Assembly (NCBI GenBank): GCA_030679255.1
Contig: JAUXTO010000019.1
Span: forward strand, 1,699 to 65,698
Direction: 5' to 3'
Length of the DNA stretch: 64,000 nucleotides
Source: Candidatus Gottesmanbacteria bacterium
GTDB taxonomy: Bacteria > Patescibacteriota > Microgenomatia > UBA10105 > UBA927
The stretch's first letter is position 1. Each line of letters opens with the position of its first letter. Below the pieces are notes generated by a model. That model saw only the letters and a list, made by a program, of their open reading frames with translations. It did no database searches and was not told the DNA's origin. A program made the position numbers and the translations under genes. Below are positions 18,137 to 28,324 of this stretch, piece by piece.

Positions 18137-19738
18137 ATGGGCACATTCTTGCCTGTCTTCGTAGCCCTTATCCTCACCCTTGCCAACTCCGCTAATTTTC
18201 TCTCCGGCGTGATGGCGACCCGGGCCGGAGAAGTGTATCTGGGGACCACGCATTACTATGAAGATTATTTTCTCTACCTCAACCAATTCTTCCAGGGCGC
18301 CCATGGTGGGTGGCTGACCTTCAACCGCTACACGAGCGAACCAACGCCGGCAAGCATTCTGTTCTGGCCAAACATACTCCTCGGCAAACTCGGCGGGCTC
18401 TTCGGATTATCTCCCGAAATAAGTTATAACCTATCCGTCATGCTCCTTTCGTTTAGCGTGCTCATAACCCTTTTCTCTCTCATGGCGCATACGTTTCTGA
18501 AGGATAAAACGAAAGCGTTCATCGGTTTTCTCCTGGTCGCCCTCTCGACCTCCCTCATCAATCACATTTGGGTAGGGGGAAAACCCATGTGGTATCCGTT
18601 TCAACTCTGGAAAACGCCAAACTTTGCTCTCGACCGCTTGGGCGGCGTCCCGCACCAACTCGTCCAAACACTTTTATTTTTACTCGCGATGCACGCATGG
18701 TTTTTCTTCCGTCCAAAACGATATCCCGCTATGCTGGTCTTGCTGGTCCCGCTTGTATTACTGGTATTACTATCAAGTCTCAACCCCGTCATGAGCGCCA
18801 TCTTTCTTGGGACTCTTTGGATGACCCAAATGATTATCCGTCCCAAACAAGCAGCTTCATGGATGACCCTTTTGGTGATCAGTGTGGGCGTAGGGGCGAC
18901 TGCCTGGTATTACAATGGTGTATCAAGTCTAGAGCCGCATATCCAATCCAAACTCTGGGAAGCGGGACAGCAAATCACGACGACCCCGCTCTTCATGCTT
19001 CTCTCGATTGGCCCGATTAGTCTCCTCGGCGTCATCGGGGCAATAGCCACAATAAAACGTGCCCGCCCGATTGAGATCTTTTCTATTATTTTACTATCGG
19101 TAAGCTATATGCTCTATTTCTCGCCTATTCCCAAACTCATTGGTATCTCCAATAGCCGTGTCCTCTTCCCCGCCATGTACGCCGCGTGGGGCATCCTGGG
19201 AGTCCTGGGCATTGAATTCTTGGCCAGTCAACTCCATAAATATATTTCATCAATAAAAATCTCCTCTCTTACTATCTGTCTATCTACTATCTTTCTCCTC
19301 ATCTCCCTCCCCACTCTCAAATGGGAACTCGGACAAAAGCTCGTCGTCAAGCCAGAGGAACGTACCCCCTTGTTATATCTGACCAATGACGTCTTTAAGG
19401 CATTTGCATATCTCAAGACTCAAGGGTCATTTGACGATGTTGTATTGGGCAACCCCGCAAGCCATATGGACGCACTACTCCCCGCCATCACGGGCCACAC
19501 GGGTTACACCGGCCACCCGTTTGCGACCATACATAATGAAAATAAAAAGTCGGACGTGATGAAATTTTTTCAATTAAAAATGACGACGAATGAAGCCAAG
19601 CAGTGGTTGAACAATAGAAAAATCCACTACATCCTCTTCACGAAATTTGACGGTGATATCAAACGGTTTTGGCTTGCCTATCCATTTCTCAAAGTACTTT
19701 TTTCCACGCCCTCTGCAACGGTCCTGGAATCTTTATAG
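18137..19738 (+). CDS. Polytopic membrane protein, GT-C-like (family of four in the window)
   Basis: 'DYFLYL..FFQG..G.W...YTSEP', 'VPH', C-terminal 'GHP..T' domain shared with 19760, 47542 and 49563. Confidence 0.8.
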   Translation: MGTFLPVFVALILTLANSANFLSGVMATRAGEVYLGTTHYYEDYFLYLNQFFQGAHGGWLTFNRYTSEPTPASILFWPNILLGKLGGLFGLSPEISYNLSVMLLSFSVLITLFSLMAHTFLKDKTKAFIGFLLVALSTSLINHIWVGGKPMWYPFQLWKTPNFALDRLGGVPHQLVQTLLFLLAMHAWFFFRPKRYPAMLVLLVPLVLLVLLSSLNPVMSAIFLGTLWMTQMIIRPKQAASWMTLLVISVGVGATAWYYNGVSSLEPHIQSKLWEAGQQITTTPLFMLLSIGPISLLGVIGAIATIKRARPIEIFSIILLSVSYMLYFSPIPKLIGISNSRVLFPAMYAAWGILGVLGIEFLASQLHKYISSIKISSLTICLSTIFLLISLPTLKWELGQKLVVKPEERTPLLYLTNDVFKAFAYLKTQGSFDDVVLGNPASHMDALLPAITGHTGYTGHPFATIHNENKKSDVMKFFQLKMTTNEAKQWLNNRKIHYILFTKFDGDIKRFWLAYPFLKVLFSTPSATVLESL

Positions 19739-19759
19739 CCGTTTCATTAGAATGATGGA

Positions 19760-21472
19760 ATGGAATGGATGATAGTTTTAATAGTTTCCGCGGGCTTAAC
19801 ACTTATCAATAGCGCGCATGTCATCATCCAGTGGACCCTCAATAAACCCGGGGAAACATTTACCGGCATTGCCCACTCATTCGCCGATTATTTTCTCTAC
19901 GTGGGAGCGATGGCCCAGGGAGCCGCAGGACGGTGGATTTGGATGGAGAATCTCTTCACTAATGAGCCGACAAACCTAACGTGGTACTACTGGTTTTACG
20001 TAAGCCTTGGCCACATCGGTAGTTGGGGTCGTCTCTCCCCGTTTGCCACCTACAACGTGAGCCTCTTTCTTTTCGTTATCGCACTTTGCCTCGTCTGGTA
20101 TAAGCTCACGAAACTTCTCTATCCCACAAATACCTTCCTCCGGCTGACCACCTGGCTCCTAATCCTCACATCGACGAATTTTATTAGCTTCGCAAGGCCT
20201 GGCCTTGCGAAGCTAGGTATATTGGGTTTTTCTCAAATGGAACTTCTTGGTCAATTTTGGTTCTCGCCTGCTCCGGTGTTTAGTCGGCTCGGCGGGGTCC
20301 CCTACCATGTAGTGCAGTCCATCTTGTTTATCCTCCTTGCAATCACTTTTTCCCATCTCCTTGCCTCGAAATCAATTACTCGGGATTATAGTGGGTCACA
20401 TGGTAACATGTTAGCATGGTTACAAAATAAAAAATTACGCTCTTTTCTTTCATTGGTCATTCTGGCTGCCATCGCAGCCAGTGCCAATCCTGTCCAAATG
20501 CTCGTATTTGGCGTGGCGGCGCTTATCACCACAGCGGTCATGACCAATGCCGCGATCTACAAAAAAATTGCGCTGCTGGTGTGTCTTTTCATTGCCGCAG
20601 GGGCCGGAGCATGGTTAACGCAGATGGAATTTTCCCGCCAGGCAGTATTTCTCGCGGCCCGCAGTTGGGAACTCGTGCAACAGGTCCGTAACAACCCATC
20701 GATCCTTATTCTTTCCATAGGTCCAGTACTACTCTTTATCCCATTCGGCATGCAAAAAGTATTCAAAGAAAAAAATCCATTACACATCCTCTTTGTGATC
20801 TGGGGACTCCTCTCTTTTGCATTATTTCTCTCTCCCATCCCCCGACTTCTTGCCCTCTCTCCGGTCCGGTTCCTCCACCCGGTGCCCTACGCGGCGGCGC
20901 TCGCCATCCTCGGGGTGGAAGGATTGGTGCAGTTAGCCGGCTTGCTTCATCGGAGATTAAAAAATAAAGTAACACTCACCACTATCCGCGTGGCATTACT
21001 ACTTGCCTATCTCATCCTCACCATTCCCGCGATCTCCCGCCAATTTATCGACCGCATCACCCCGGCCCGTAATCCGCAACTCCTCATGGACACCATCTAC
21101 AACCACGTCCCCGCCCCCATCGCCGACGCCCTCACCTGGCTCAGAGTGACAGGGCCTGGCCCTGTCATAGAGCGTCCGGTCGTGCTTGTTGATCCGGCTA
21201 TCCCCATAGAAGTGCTCGTGCCAGTATTCACCGGAAAAATCTCCTTCTCCGGCCACCCCATCCATACGCTCTACCCCGATGTGAAAGAAGCCAAACGGCA
21301 GAAGTTTTTCGGAGGGAAAATGAGCGAGACTGAAGCGAATCAATTCTTAAAAGATCACCGGATAGGATATATTATTTCCAAACCGATATCCCCCACTCTG
21401 GCGGACTATTCAAAATTTGTTACAATGGTTTTTCAAAACGATGTAATCGCGATATTCAAAACAATGAAATGA
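19760..21472 (+). CDS. Polytopic membrane protein, GT-C-like
   Basis: Paralogue of 18137-19738; contains the in-frame palindrome SFARPGLAKL. Confidence 0.8.
   Translation: MEWMIVLIVSAGLTLINSAHVIIQWTLNKPGETFTGIAHSFADYFLYVGAMAQGAAGRWIWMENLFTNEPTNLTWYYWFYVSLGHIGSWGRLSPFATYNVSLFLFVIALCLVWYKLTKLLYPTNTFLRLTTWLLILTSTNFISFARPGLAKLGILGFSQMELLGQFWFSPAPVFSRLGGVPYHVVQSILFILLAITFSHLLASKSITRDYSGSHGNMLAWLQNKKLRSFLSLVILAAIAASANPVQMLVFGVAALITTAVMTNAAIYKKIALLVCLFIAAGAGAWLTQMEFSRQAVFLAARSWELVQQVRNNPSILILSIGPVLLFIPFGMQKVFKEKNPLHILFVIWGLLSFALFLSPIPRLLALSPVRFLHPVPYAAALAILGVEGLVQLAGLLHRRLKNKVTLTTIRVALLLAYLILTIPAISRQFIDRITPARNPQLLMDTIYNHVPAPIADALTWLRVTGPGPVIERPVVLVDPAIPIEVLVPVFTGKISFSGHPIHTLYPDVKEAKRQKFFGGKMSETEANQFLKDHRIGYIISKPISPTLADYSKFVTMVFQNDVIAIFKTMK
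20185..20215. repeat. RAYT-associated 12-5-12 palindrome (intragenic)
   Basis: tagcttcgcaaggcctggccttgcgaagcta. Confidence 0.9.
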
Positions 21473-23196
21473 ATAAAAAACATATTATTACCGGGTTCGT
21501 CCTGACCATCCTTCTGTTCGCTGTTCACCTCGTCATCATCGATGACTACGGCATCACGTGGGACTTCCACCATCATTTCTTTGCGGGGCTCTATCACCTT
21601 GGGATCCCACTCAAAGAGAGCTTAACGAAAAACATCCCCTTCACGATGCCTGACCCGCGCGGGACGTATGACCTGCCGTTTGGGCCGCTTATGCTCATCG
21701 CGCCCACCATCACGTACCAGATATTTCATGAATGGCTCGGGCTTCTTGCGTTTGATAACGCCTATCACCTCTCCATTATCGTTTCGGGGGTTGCCGGAGT
21801 CTTCATCCTCTATCTTTTTCTTCTGGAAGCATTCGGCTTGGCGACTGCGCTTGCCGGTTTTGCGTTTCTTGCGCTCCTGCCTCGTTACTTCGGGGACCTG
21901 CATAACAACATGAAGGACGTACCGCAGGCAGCCGCATTTGCTCTGGCCATCTATATGTTCTGGCGCCTCGCGCGGTATAAACGGTTGAAGGATTTGATCT
22001 TGGCCACCCTCGCCTTCGCAATAGCATTTAATACGAAGGTGAATACGCTGTTGGTGCCGGTGATTGCGGGAATGTGGATGTTCCTCACGAGTATAAAGGG
22101 ATTAGTATATAGGGGTAAGGATAAATCATTTTTTATTGGTCATTGGTCCGCCAGCTGGCGGATGGTCATTGGATATTTCCTCCTCGCTCCCCTCATGGCC
22201 TTCCTCCTCTGGCTCCCATTTTGGAAAGATCCCATTGACCGGCTGATCTACATGTTCCGGTTCTTTCTGGACAATACACTCAATCTCGAAGTCCTCTACT
22301 TCGGCACGATCTATAAAAGTGCCATCAACGTCCCCTGGCACTATGCATTGGGGTACCTGGGGGTGACGACACCGATTCCCACGCTTATATTTTTTCTTAT
22401 TGGAATTTTGATAATTGTTTGGAAATTGAGATTTGAGATTTGGGATTTGAAAAAGGCCACCGGCCTTCTGCTCCTCCTCTGGTTCTTCCTCCCCCTCACC
22501 CGCTACCTCAATCCTAAGATTGGCGTCATCGACGGCATCCGGCATTTTGAGGAAGTCGTGTTTCCACTGGCCGCCATTGCCGCGGTGGGAGCGGTAAACG
22601 TCATGAGACGCATGAGTCACATGGGTCGCATGAGTCTCATGGTGATCATCCTCCTCTCCCTCATCCTCCCCATCGTCCGCTATCACCCCTACCAGATCTC
22701 CTATTTCAATGAGTTAGTCGCGTCAAACGCGACTACTGGACGCATTTCGGAAGTCGCGTCAAACGCGACTCGCGCGTTTCTAACCGGCGCGGGCGGCATA
22801 CGGGGAGCCTGGAAAAACTTTGACGTGGAGTACTGGGGCACCTCACAAAAAGCTGCGATGCGCTGGCTCAACGCCAATGCGCCGAAGGATAGCTATGTCC
22901 ACGTCCTCATGGCCGGCGACTCGGCGGCTAAATATCTTCGTCCCGATCTTCTCGCCCGCGTCAACAAAAAAGGGTTTGATGAAGCCGACTACGTGGTGGT
23001 CCTCAACCGGCAATCGTTTTTTAACCGCTACTGGGGCATCACCGACTACATGCCCAAACATAAAATCGCTTACACAGTGAGTGTACAAGGAGTTCCGTTG
23101 ACGCTTATTTACGATAACAAACTCGGGCTCGTCTCCCCTCCTGCGTTCCCTTGGTGGGAAAAACCCAACAGTCCAACTACCTTCCAAATCCCGTAG
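21469..23196 (+). CDS. ArnT/PMT-like (GT39/GT83) membrane glycosyltransferase
   Basis: 'DYGITWD', 'PRYFGDLHNNMKDVP', 'PWHY', 'DGIRHF', 'HPYQISYFN', 'DVEYWG'. Confidence 0.85.
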   Translation: MNKKHIITGFVLTILLFAVHLVIIDDYGITWDFHHHFFAGLYHLGIPLKESLTKNIPFTMPDPRGTYDLPFGPLMLIAPTITYQIFHEWLGLLAFDNAYHLSIIVSGVAGVFILYLFLLEAFGLATALAGFAFLALLPRYFGDLHNNMKDVPQAAAFALAIYMFWRLARYKRLKDLILATLAFAIAFNTKVNTLLVPVIAGMWMFLTSIKGLVYRGKDKSFFIGHWSASWRMVIGYFLLAPLMAFLLWLPFWKDPIDRLIYMFRFFLDNTLNLEVLYFGTIYKSAINVPWHYALGYLGVTTPIPTLIFFLIGILIIVWKLRFEIWDLKKATGLLLLLWFFLPLTRYLNPKIGVIDGIRHFEEVVFPLAAIAAVGAVNVMRRMSHMGRMSLMVIILLSLILPIVRYHPYQISYFNELVASNATTGRISEVASNATRAFLTGAGGIRGAWKNFDVEYWGTSQKAAMRWLNANAPKDSYVHVLMAGDSAAKYLRPDLLARVNKKGFDEADYVVVLNRQSFFNRYWGITDYMPKHKIAYTVSVQGVPLTLIYDNKLGLVSPPAFPWWEKPNSPTTFQIP

Positions 23197-24392
23197 CCTG
23201 CAAACACCGCAACCCACGGGTATGCCGGGAGCGAAAAACGTTCTTCACTCGTCGAAAACATGTGAGCGAGAGAAATATAGAGAAAGAAAATGAACACTGC
23301 CAAGACAAGCGCCTTGTTTCTCTTGAAGGCCATCGCCATCCCTGCGATGGCCAATAAGAGTACTGCGAGATTTCCCCAGTAGGTCAAGGCTTTCGCCTCC
23401 GGCGATGGCTTGCCCATGACGTAGGGATAGATGAAATGCTTCTCCCATACATACCCCATTTTGGCAATCCGCGACTGAATAAATCCCACGGGATCACGAT
23501 TGATGATGTCCGCGGCCATCGTCAAGTGCCGCCCGGCAACTTCTTCCCGTCCAGCCCGATCTTTGGGAGCAGTGAACGCGCCCCACGCGTTTTGGGCCTC
23601 TACCGGCCAGTCGCCCCATTTCTCGTCGGTGAAGGGCATCCCGCGGCCGATGTAGAGGCTTGCGTAGAGTTCACGGACAAATGTGGGCTCGACCCCAAGC
23701 ACGCTAAACTGTTTGTAATACACCAGATTGCCCGCAATCGTGTACCAAAACGGAAGACTAAAAAGGACAAGTGCAATCAGACCGTTGATCATTCTTTCTT
23801 TTGCCCTCCTCATCGAGGATAATTTCGTCCAACAGATTGCACCAAAGACGACAATCGAAAGGACAATAAAAACCGGCCGGACTTGAGGGAGGAATCCCAA
23901 GAGTAAACTCAAGAATGCGAAGATTACCAATGATTTTTTCTCAAAGAATCGGATAAAGAGCACGCTCATTAATGTGATTAAAAACACCGTGACGACTTCA
24001 GAAAGCAGCACCCCCACGTATCCGGCGGTGAAGGGGTTAAAGAGATAGAGAATAAAGGCGATCCATGACGGTACAGTTTTTTTGAATACTTTATGGGCTA
24101 TCCCATACACCAACCCTGCCGTCATAGTATCCAATACCGCATGAAACACCGTCCACGGCATGGCGGACTTCACCCCAAACAACGCGATAAGTGGAGCCAC
24201 GATCAGCGGATACCCGTAGAGCCGGTACAAATCCGCGTGCAGGCCTTTATTGATAATACCGAGCGCATACCCGTAATATTCATCTTGATCATAAACAAAC
24301 GGCTGAGGAACGAGCCGCGCAATCCAGAGGCGGAAGAGGAAACCTGCAATAAGGAAACCTACAAAAATAACTGTGGATTTGAGGATACGCAT
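23109..24392 (-). CDS. GT39-like membrane glycosyltransferase
   Basis: 'YDQDEY', 'RLYGYP', 'LFNPF..GY..VLLSE', 'EERFSLP'; paralogue of 26474-27781. Confidence 0.82.
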   Translation of the reverse strand: MRILKSTVIFVGFLIAGFLFRLWIARLVPQPFVYDQDEYYGYALGIINKGLHADLYRLYGYPLIVAPLIALFGVKSAMPWTVFHAVLDTMTAGLVYGIAHKVFKKTVPSWIAFILYLFNPFTAGYVGVLLSEVVTVFLITLMSVLFIRFFEKKSLVIFAFLSLLLGFLPQVRPVFIVLSIVVFGAICWTKLSSMRRAKERMINGLIALVLFSLPFWYTIAGNLVYYKQFSVLGVEPTFVRELYASLYIGRGMPFTDEKWGDWPVEAQNAWGAFTAPKDRAGREEVAGRHLTMAADIINRDPVGFIQSRIAKMGYVWEKHFIYPYVMGKPSPEAKALTYWGNLAVLLLAIAGMAMAFKRNKALVLAVFIFFLYISLAHMFSTSEERFSLPAYPWVAVFAGYGIWKVVGLLGFSHQGNAGGETSPSLLS

Positions 24393-24426
24393 TAGAAGAA
24401 AGTATACACCTTCTCACAAACAACGC

Positions 24427-24729
24427 TTATTGAAATAAATTCGGCACTCGATATGCCACTGTTATTGGACGAGGCGTTAAACCGACTCCACGACAAGAGT
24501 ATCCCCCATATTCCGCATTTTCATGCCAACCGATTCCCCTGTGTCCAACTTCTTCTGGTGGTAACGATGGGCGTCCACACTCCGGACATTCGTAGCCCAC
24601 GATCACTACTACTTCTTTATATTCCGGTCCTCTCCGATCAAATGGATAATGCACTTCTTGCATAATTAATATACGAATACGTCTCCAGGCAGGACAATAA
24701 ACAGGAGAGTACTCTCTCTCTTTGGACAA
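24427..24729 (-). CDS. Small hypothetical protein with CxxC
   Basis: 100-aa ORF filling an intergenic gap; YECPECG; TTG start is uncertain. Confidence 0.4.
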   Translation of the reverse strand: MSKEREYSPVYCPAWRRIRILIMQEVHYPFDRRGPEYKEVVVIVGYECPECGRPSLPPEEVGHRGIGWHENAEYGGYSCRGVGLTPRPITVAYRVPNLFQ

Positions 24730-24783
24730 AAGTCAACGTTGACAACATTGATCGGAAGTAGTACAATAGTTCATACTTACAGT

Positions 24784-25038
24784 ATGAATACTCAACGTAT
24801 CACCATCAGTATTCCGACGAACGTCTATACGCTCCTTGCTCAACAGATCGGCTCCGGCAAAGTGAGCCAGTATGTGAGCGAAACGATTCATAGTAGACTC
24901 ATCGAAGAATCCATGAAAAAAAGACTTACCAAAGGCCCTGTCGAAGAATTTTTCGCTCTTCGCAAAATCACTAAAAAACTCCCAACGGCCAAAATTCTTA
25001 CTGCCATCCATACCGGCCGCCGTATGAGTGCTGTATGA
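24784..25038 (+). CDS. RHH-type antitoxin (VapB-like)
   Basis: 'MNTQRITISIP...GKVSQYV'; ATGA overlap with the PIN gene. Confidence 0.78.
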   Translation: MNTQRITISIPTNVYTLLAQQIGSGKVSQYVSETIHSRLIEESMKKRLTKGPVEEFFALRKITKKLPTAKILTAIHTGRRMSAV

Positions 25039-25442
25039 AATCTATCGTTATCGCTGACGCATCTGTGCTCCTTACCGCTCTTTTTGGCTCGAACGATCGC
25101 ACAGCCACAAAGCTCAACCGATTATTACACGACGATGCTTCTCTGGTGCATATTCTCCCCTTCACGATCATAGAATTTGCCAATGGGGTACGCTTTTCTA
25201 CCCGCGATGTGCCCGCCGCGACACGAATACTGAAACAGTTTAACGCGCTAACACTTCCCGTTATGGAAATAACATCAGCAGACGTTCAGGCGATTGTCGA
25301 ACTTTCCTACCGACTCGATACGACCGTCTATGACACCGCGTACCACCACATGGCCCTTATGCAGGGCGGGGTATTTGTAACCTGTGATAAAGGCTACTTC
25401 AAAAAAGCATCAACGCTGGGGCATGTAGAACTGTGGGGATAA
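25035..25442 (+). CDS. vapC: PIN-domain (VapC) toxin
   Basis: 'IADASV', 'EFAN', 'TVYDTAY', 'FVTCD'. Confidence 0.88.
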   Translation: MKSIVIADASVLLTALFGSNDRTATKLNRLLHDDASLVHILPFTIIEFANGVRFSTRDVPAATRILKQFNALTLPVMEITSADVQAIVELSYRLDTTVYDTAYHHMALMQGGVFVTCDKGYFKKASTLGHVELWG

Positions 25443-25454
25443 TGCTGAAGGACT

Positions 25455-26435
25455 TCACCCCAAATATCGGAACCAATCCTTCGTTGCCTTTTTGATCGCT
25501 GCGGGGGTGAAGATGGGGGCCTTATCCCAATCGTGGATGTGGGCAAGGACTTCTCCTACTCCTTCTTCAAAAGAAACCTGAGGTCGAAAACCTAATACTT
25601 TTTTTATTTTAGTGATATCGGCGTGAGTACTATCCGGCTCGCCGGGGCGTTTGGGGATATGGACGCGCCTTTGCCCGCCTAATAACTCAACGAGTCTGTT
25701 GACACTCTGTGGGTTACCGGTACCCACATTAAACACCTCTCCAACTACGTTTGACCGCGCGGCCGCAATCATCGCCGCCACCACATCACTCACATACGTA
25801 AAGTCCCGTTTTTGACTGCCGTCCCCCACCACCGTATACGGCTTATTGTTAATTTTTTGTGCCATAAAGGTACTAAACACCGGTCCGTAATCACCCGACA
25901 CGCGCGACCGCGGGCCGTAGACATTAAAGAACCGTAAACTCACGACGGGCAGCTTATAGACTTGAAAGTAATGCAGGGCGTAGAGCTCGCCCAGATACTT
26001 CGTAAGTGCATACGGGAACTGGGGAGCTATCGGCGCTGTTTCCGGAGTCGGTACGGGCGGATTCTTGCCGTAGCACGTCGAGGATGCGGCGTAGACAAAC
26101 TTCTTAATATTGACCTTACGGCAGGCCTCCAATACATTGACGGTCACGGTGACATTAGCACGGTGATATTCGGCCGGACGCAGGATTGACGGCACAATAT
26201 CAGAGTATCCTGCCAGATGAAAGACCCAGTCAATGTTTTGAAAATATGCCGGATTGACGACCGTTTCGTCGGCTAAATCCAATACATGAACCTTCAACTT
26301 TTTTTCTTTCCTGAAGGCTTTGATAAAATCCGATACGACGAAGTCTAATGCAGTAACCTTGTGCCCATCAGAAAGCAGCCGCTCGACCAGGTGGCTCCCA
26401 ATAAATCCCGACGCACCAGTGACTATTACTTTCAT
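25455..26435 (-). CDS. NAD-dependent nucleotide-sugar epimerase (extended SDR)
   Basis: TGASGFIG, ASSTCYG, YALTK, RFFNVYGP. Confidence 0.93.
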   Translation of the reverse strand: MKVIVTGASGFIGSHLVERLLSDGHKVTALDFVVSDFIKAFRKEKKLKVHVLDLADETVVNPAYFQNIDWVFHLAGYSDIVPSILRPAEYHRANVTVTVNVLEACRKVNIKKFVYAASSTCYGKNPPVPTPETAPIAPQFPYALTKYLGELYALHYFQVYKLPVVSLRFFNVYGPRSRVSGDYGPVFSTFMAQKINNKPYTVVGDGSQKRDFTYVSDVVAAMIAAARSNVVGEVFNVGTGNPQSVNRLVELLGGQRRVHIPKRPGEPDSTHADITKIKKVLGFRPQVSFEEGVGEVLAHIHDWDKAPIFTPAAIKKATKDWFRYLG

Positions 26436-26450
26436 AGAGTCAAATCAATG

Positions 26451-26562
26451 TGTCATCCCCGCGCTCCTTGTTGTCATTCCCGCCCGCCGCGACGGGTAAA
26501 CTCCGGCGGGAATCCATTCCTCATTTTAACACTGGATCCTCGGGTCAAGCCCGAGGATGACA
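26451..26562. repeat. RPE/dRS3-like composite palindrome that supplies the 3' end of 26474-27781
   Basis: gtcattcccgcc..ggcgggaatcc followed by tggatcctcgggtcaagcccgaggatgaca. Confidence 0.8.
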
Positions 26563-27781
26563 ATAATGAAATGAGCAGTTCTACCCCACTCCCCGCCCAA
26601 AGGCTCAAAATAGGGTAATAGACGAGCGTGTGGCGACTTTCGTTGGAGAGGAGTGGGAAGAGGAACGTAATGTAACAAAACAAGAGTGTTGAAAAAAGAA
26701 AAACAGGTTCGCCCAAAACCTTCTTACCTTTCCCCCCTACCTGCCGGAGTATCCCCACGAACCACATCCCGATCAGGGTTATATTCAGGATCCGCATGGG
26801 CCACTGATCCCACGGATAAAATTTATCAACATACGTATAGATATGATCCTTATCCCACAGCCACACGACGTTCATGGCAATATTGGAAAGGAACGTGGGC
26901 CACTCCCCCGGCAGACGCGCGAGAAGCATGCCTTTATATTTTTCCGAATGCGCGGCTTTGCCTTCGAGCGGCGTGTTCCAATAGCTCTGGACAACCTGCC
27001 CGTACTCGGGAATCTCGCCTTTAAACTCGACCTCCGGATACTTCCACCGGAAAAAGTTGAGGTAGATGATTTCATACTTGAGGTTATACGGCGGGACGAG
27101 CGAGACTTTGCCGAACGTTTTATAATTGACGATCAGCGAATAGGACGAGGCGAGGAGAAAACCGGCAAGCAAAAACGCCAATAATTTCCCTCCCCGAAAT
27201 ACCCCAAATTCCCTCAAAGCCCCAAATCCCAGTATTCCAAAAAAGACAAACAGGAAGTAGTAAAACGAATGGCGGGTAAAAAGAAGAAGCCCGGCCGTCA
27301 GCCCAAAGCCAAGCCAAAGGAACGCGTGCGTCCGAAGCGCCGGCCGCGAAAGGATATACACGAAAAGTGATACAAGGAAGATACTCACGGTTTCGGCTAG
27401 AGCTAGGCCGGTAAACGCGGCAACAAAGGGATTAAAGAGGTAGATAATAAATGAGAATAACGCTGCCTTCTGATTGAATAGTTTTTTGGCAGTTTCATAA
27501 AGAAGGATGGCGGAAGTGAGATCAATGACGATGTGGACCAATCGGACGGCAGTAAGATTTTCAATTCCAAAAAAGTTGTAGATGACCGCCAAAAACGCTC
27601 CGTAGCCCATATTTTTGGCACAGCAGTCGATGGGCCATTTCCCTAGAAGAAATTGAATAGCAAAATCCGAATAGCCTTTGCTGTCAAAAACTATCGTATT
27701 GTAAGCGTTAAACGCGAGGATCAGGCGGAATACCAATCCCCCCAGAAAAAGCCAAATCAATAATTTAGTCTGTTTCGTCAT
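26474..27781 (-). CDS. GT39-like membrane glycosyltransferase
   Basis: 'FDSKGY', 'YLFNPF..AFTGLALAE', 'ESRHTL'. Confidence 0.82.
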   Translation of the reverse strand: MTKQTKLLIWLFLGGLVFRLILAFNAYNTIVFDSKGYSDFAIQFLLGKWPIDCCAKNMGYGAFLAVIYNFFGIENLTAVRLVHIVIDLTSAILLYETAKKLFNQKAALFSFIIYLFNPFVAAFTGLALAETVSIFLVSLFVYILSRPALRTHAFLWLGFGLTAGLLLFTRHSFYYFLFVFFGILGFGALREFGVFRGGKLLAFLLAGFLLASSYSLIVNYKTFGKVSLVPPYNLKYEIIYLNFFRWKYPEVEFKGEIPEYGQVVQSYWNTPLEGKAAHSEKYKGMLLARLPGEWPTFLSNIAMNVVWLWDKDHIYTYVDKFYPWDQWPMRILNITLIGMWFVGILRQVGGKGKKVLGEPVFLFSTLLFCYITFLFPLLSNESRHTLVYYPILSLWAGSGVELLISLLSSSGLTRGSSVKMRNGFPPEFTRRGGRE

Positions 27782-27784
27782 GTA

Positions 27785-28321
27785 TTATTTACTATAGACG
27801 ATGTTCGTCCTGCCATACACCCACCAAAAGAAATGAAGCATCAGAGCCGGTACAAGAAAAAATGTAAACGGCTTACGGCTTACGTATACCTCGCCCATTC
27901 GCTCAATATCCCCTGACGCCACAAACCGCGCGAGGCGCTTGTCGACGATCTTCATATGATTATAGTGTGTAAGAAGCGTTCTTCGTGATACGCCCGCGCG
28001 TCCCGCCCGGACGACCTCGCCCAACACCCGCATCCTGATTGATGACTCCATGACGCCAAAAATCCCCATAAAATAATTGCCCGTGAGAAGGGTCGAAAGC
28101 AGGAATGACGCTGCCACAATGCCCAACGTCGGGACGGCACCCATACCACGCATACTACTCACGATGCCCAGGAATACATGGGCCGCCATACTCACAAAAA
28201 CGTACGTCATCCAAAAGACCGGGATCACCGACCGGTCAGAAATCTGCCGGAGAACCAGGACGTGAAGGGCCAAAAAAATCAGAAACGTCCCCACTGATCC
28301 CGCAAGAATAAAGATATCCAT
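27785..28321 (-). CDS. Small membrane protein with C-terminal winged-helix-like region
   Basis: Three TMs, then 'SSIRMRVLGE'; resembles the next gene. Confidence 0.7.
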   Translation of the reverse strand: MDIFILAGSVGTFLIFLALHVLVLRQISDRSVIPVFWMTYVFVSMAAHVFLGIVSSMRGMGAVPTLGIVAASFLLSTLLTGNYFMGIFGVMESSIRMRVLGEVVRAGRAGVSRRTLLTHYNHMKIVDKRLARFVASGDIERMGEVYVSRKPFTFFLVPALMLHFFWWVYGRTNIVYSK

Positions 28322-28324
28322 AGA

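Noticed and set aside
20185-20215. 12-5-12 palindromes as rho-independent terminators
   Set aside because: Most copies are mid-gene and lack U-tracts.
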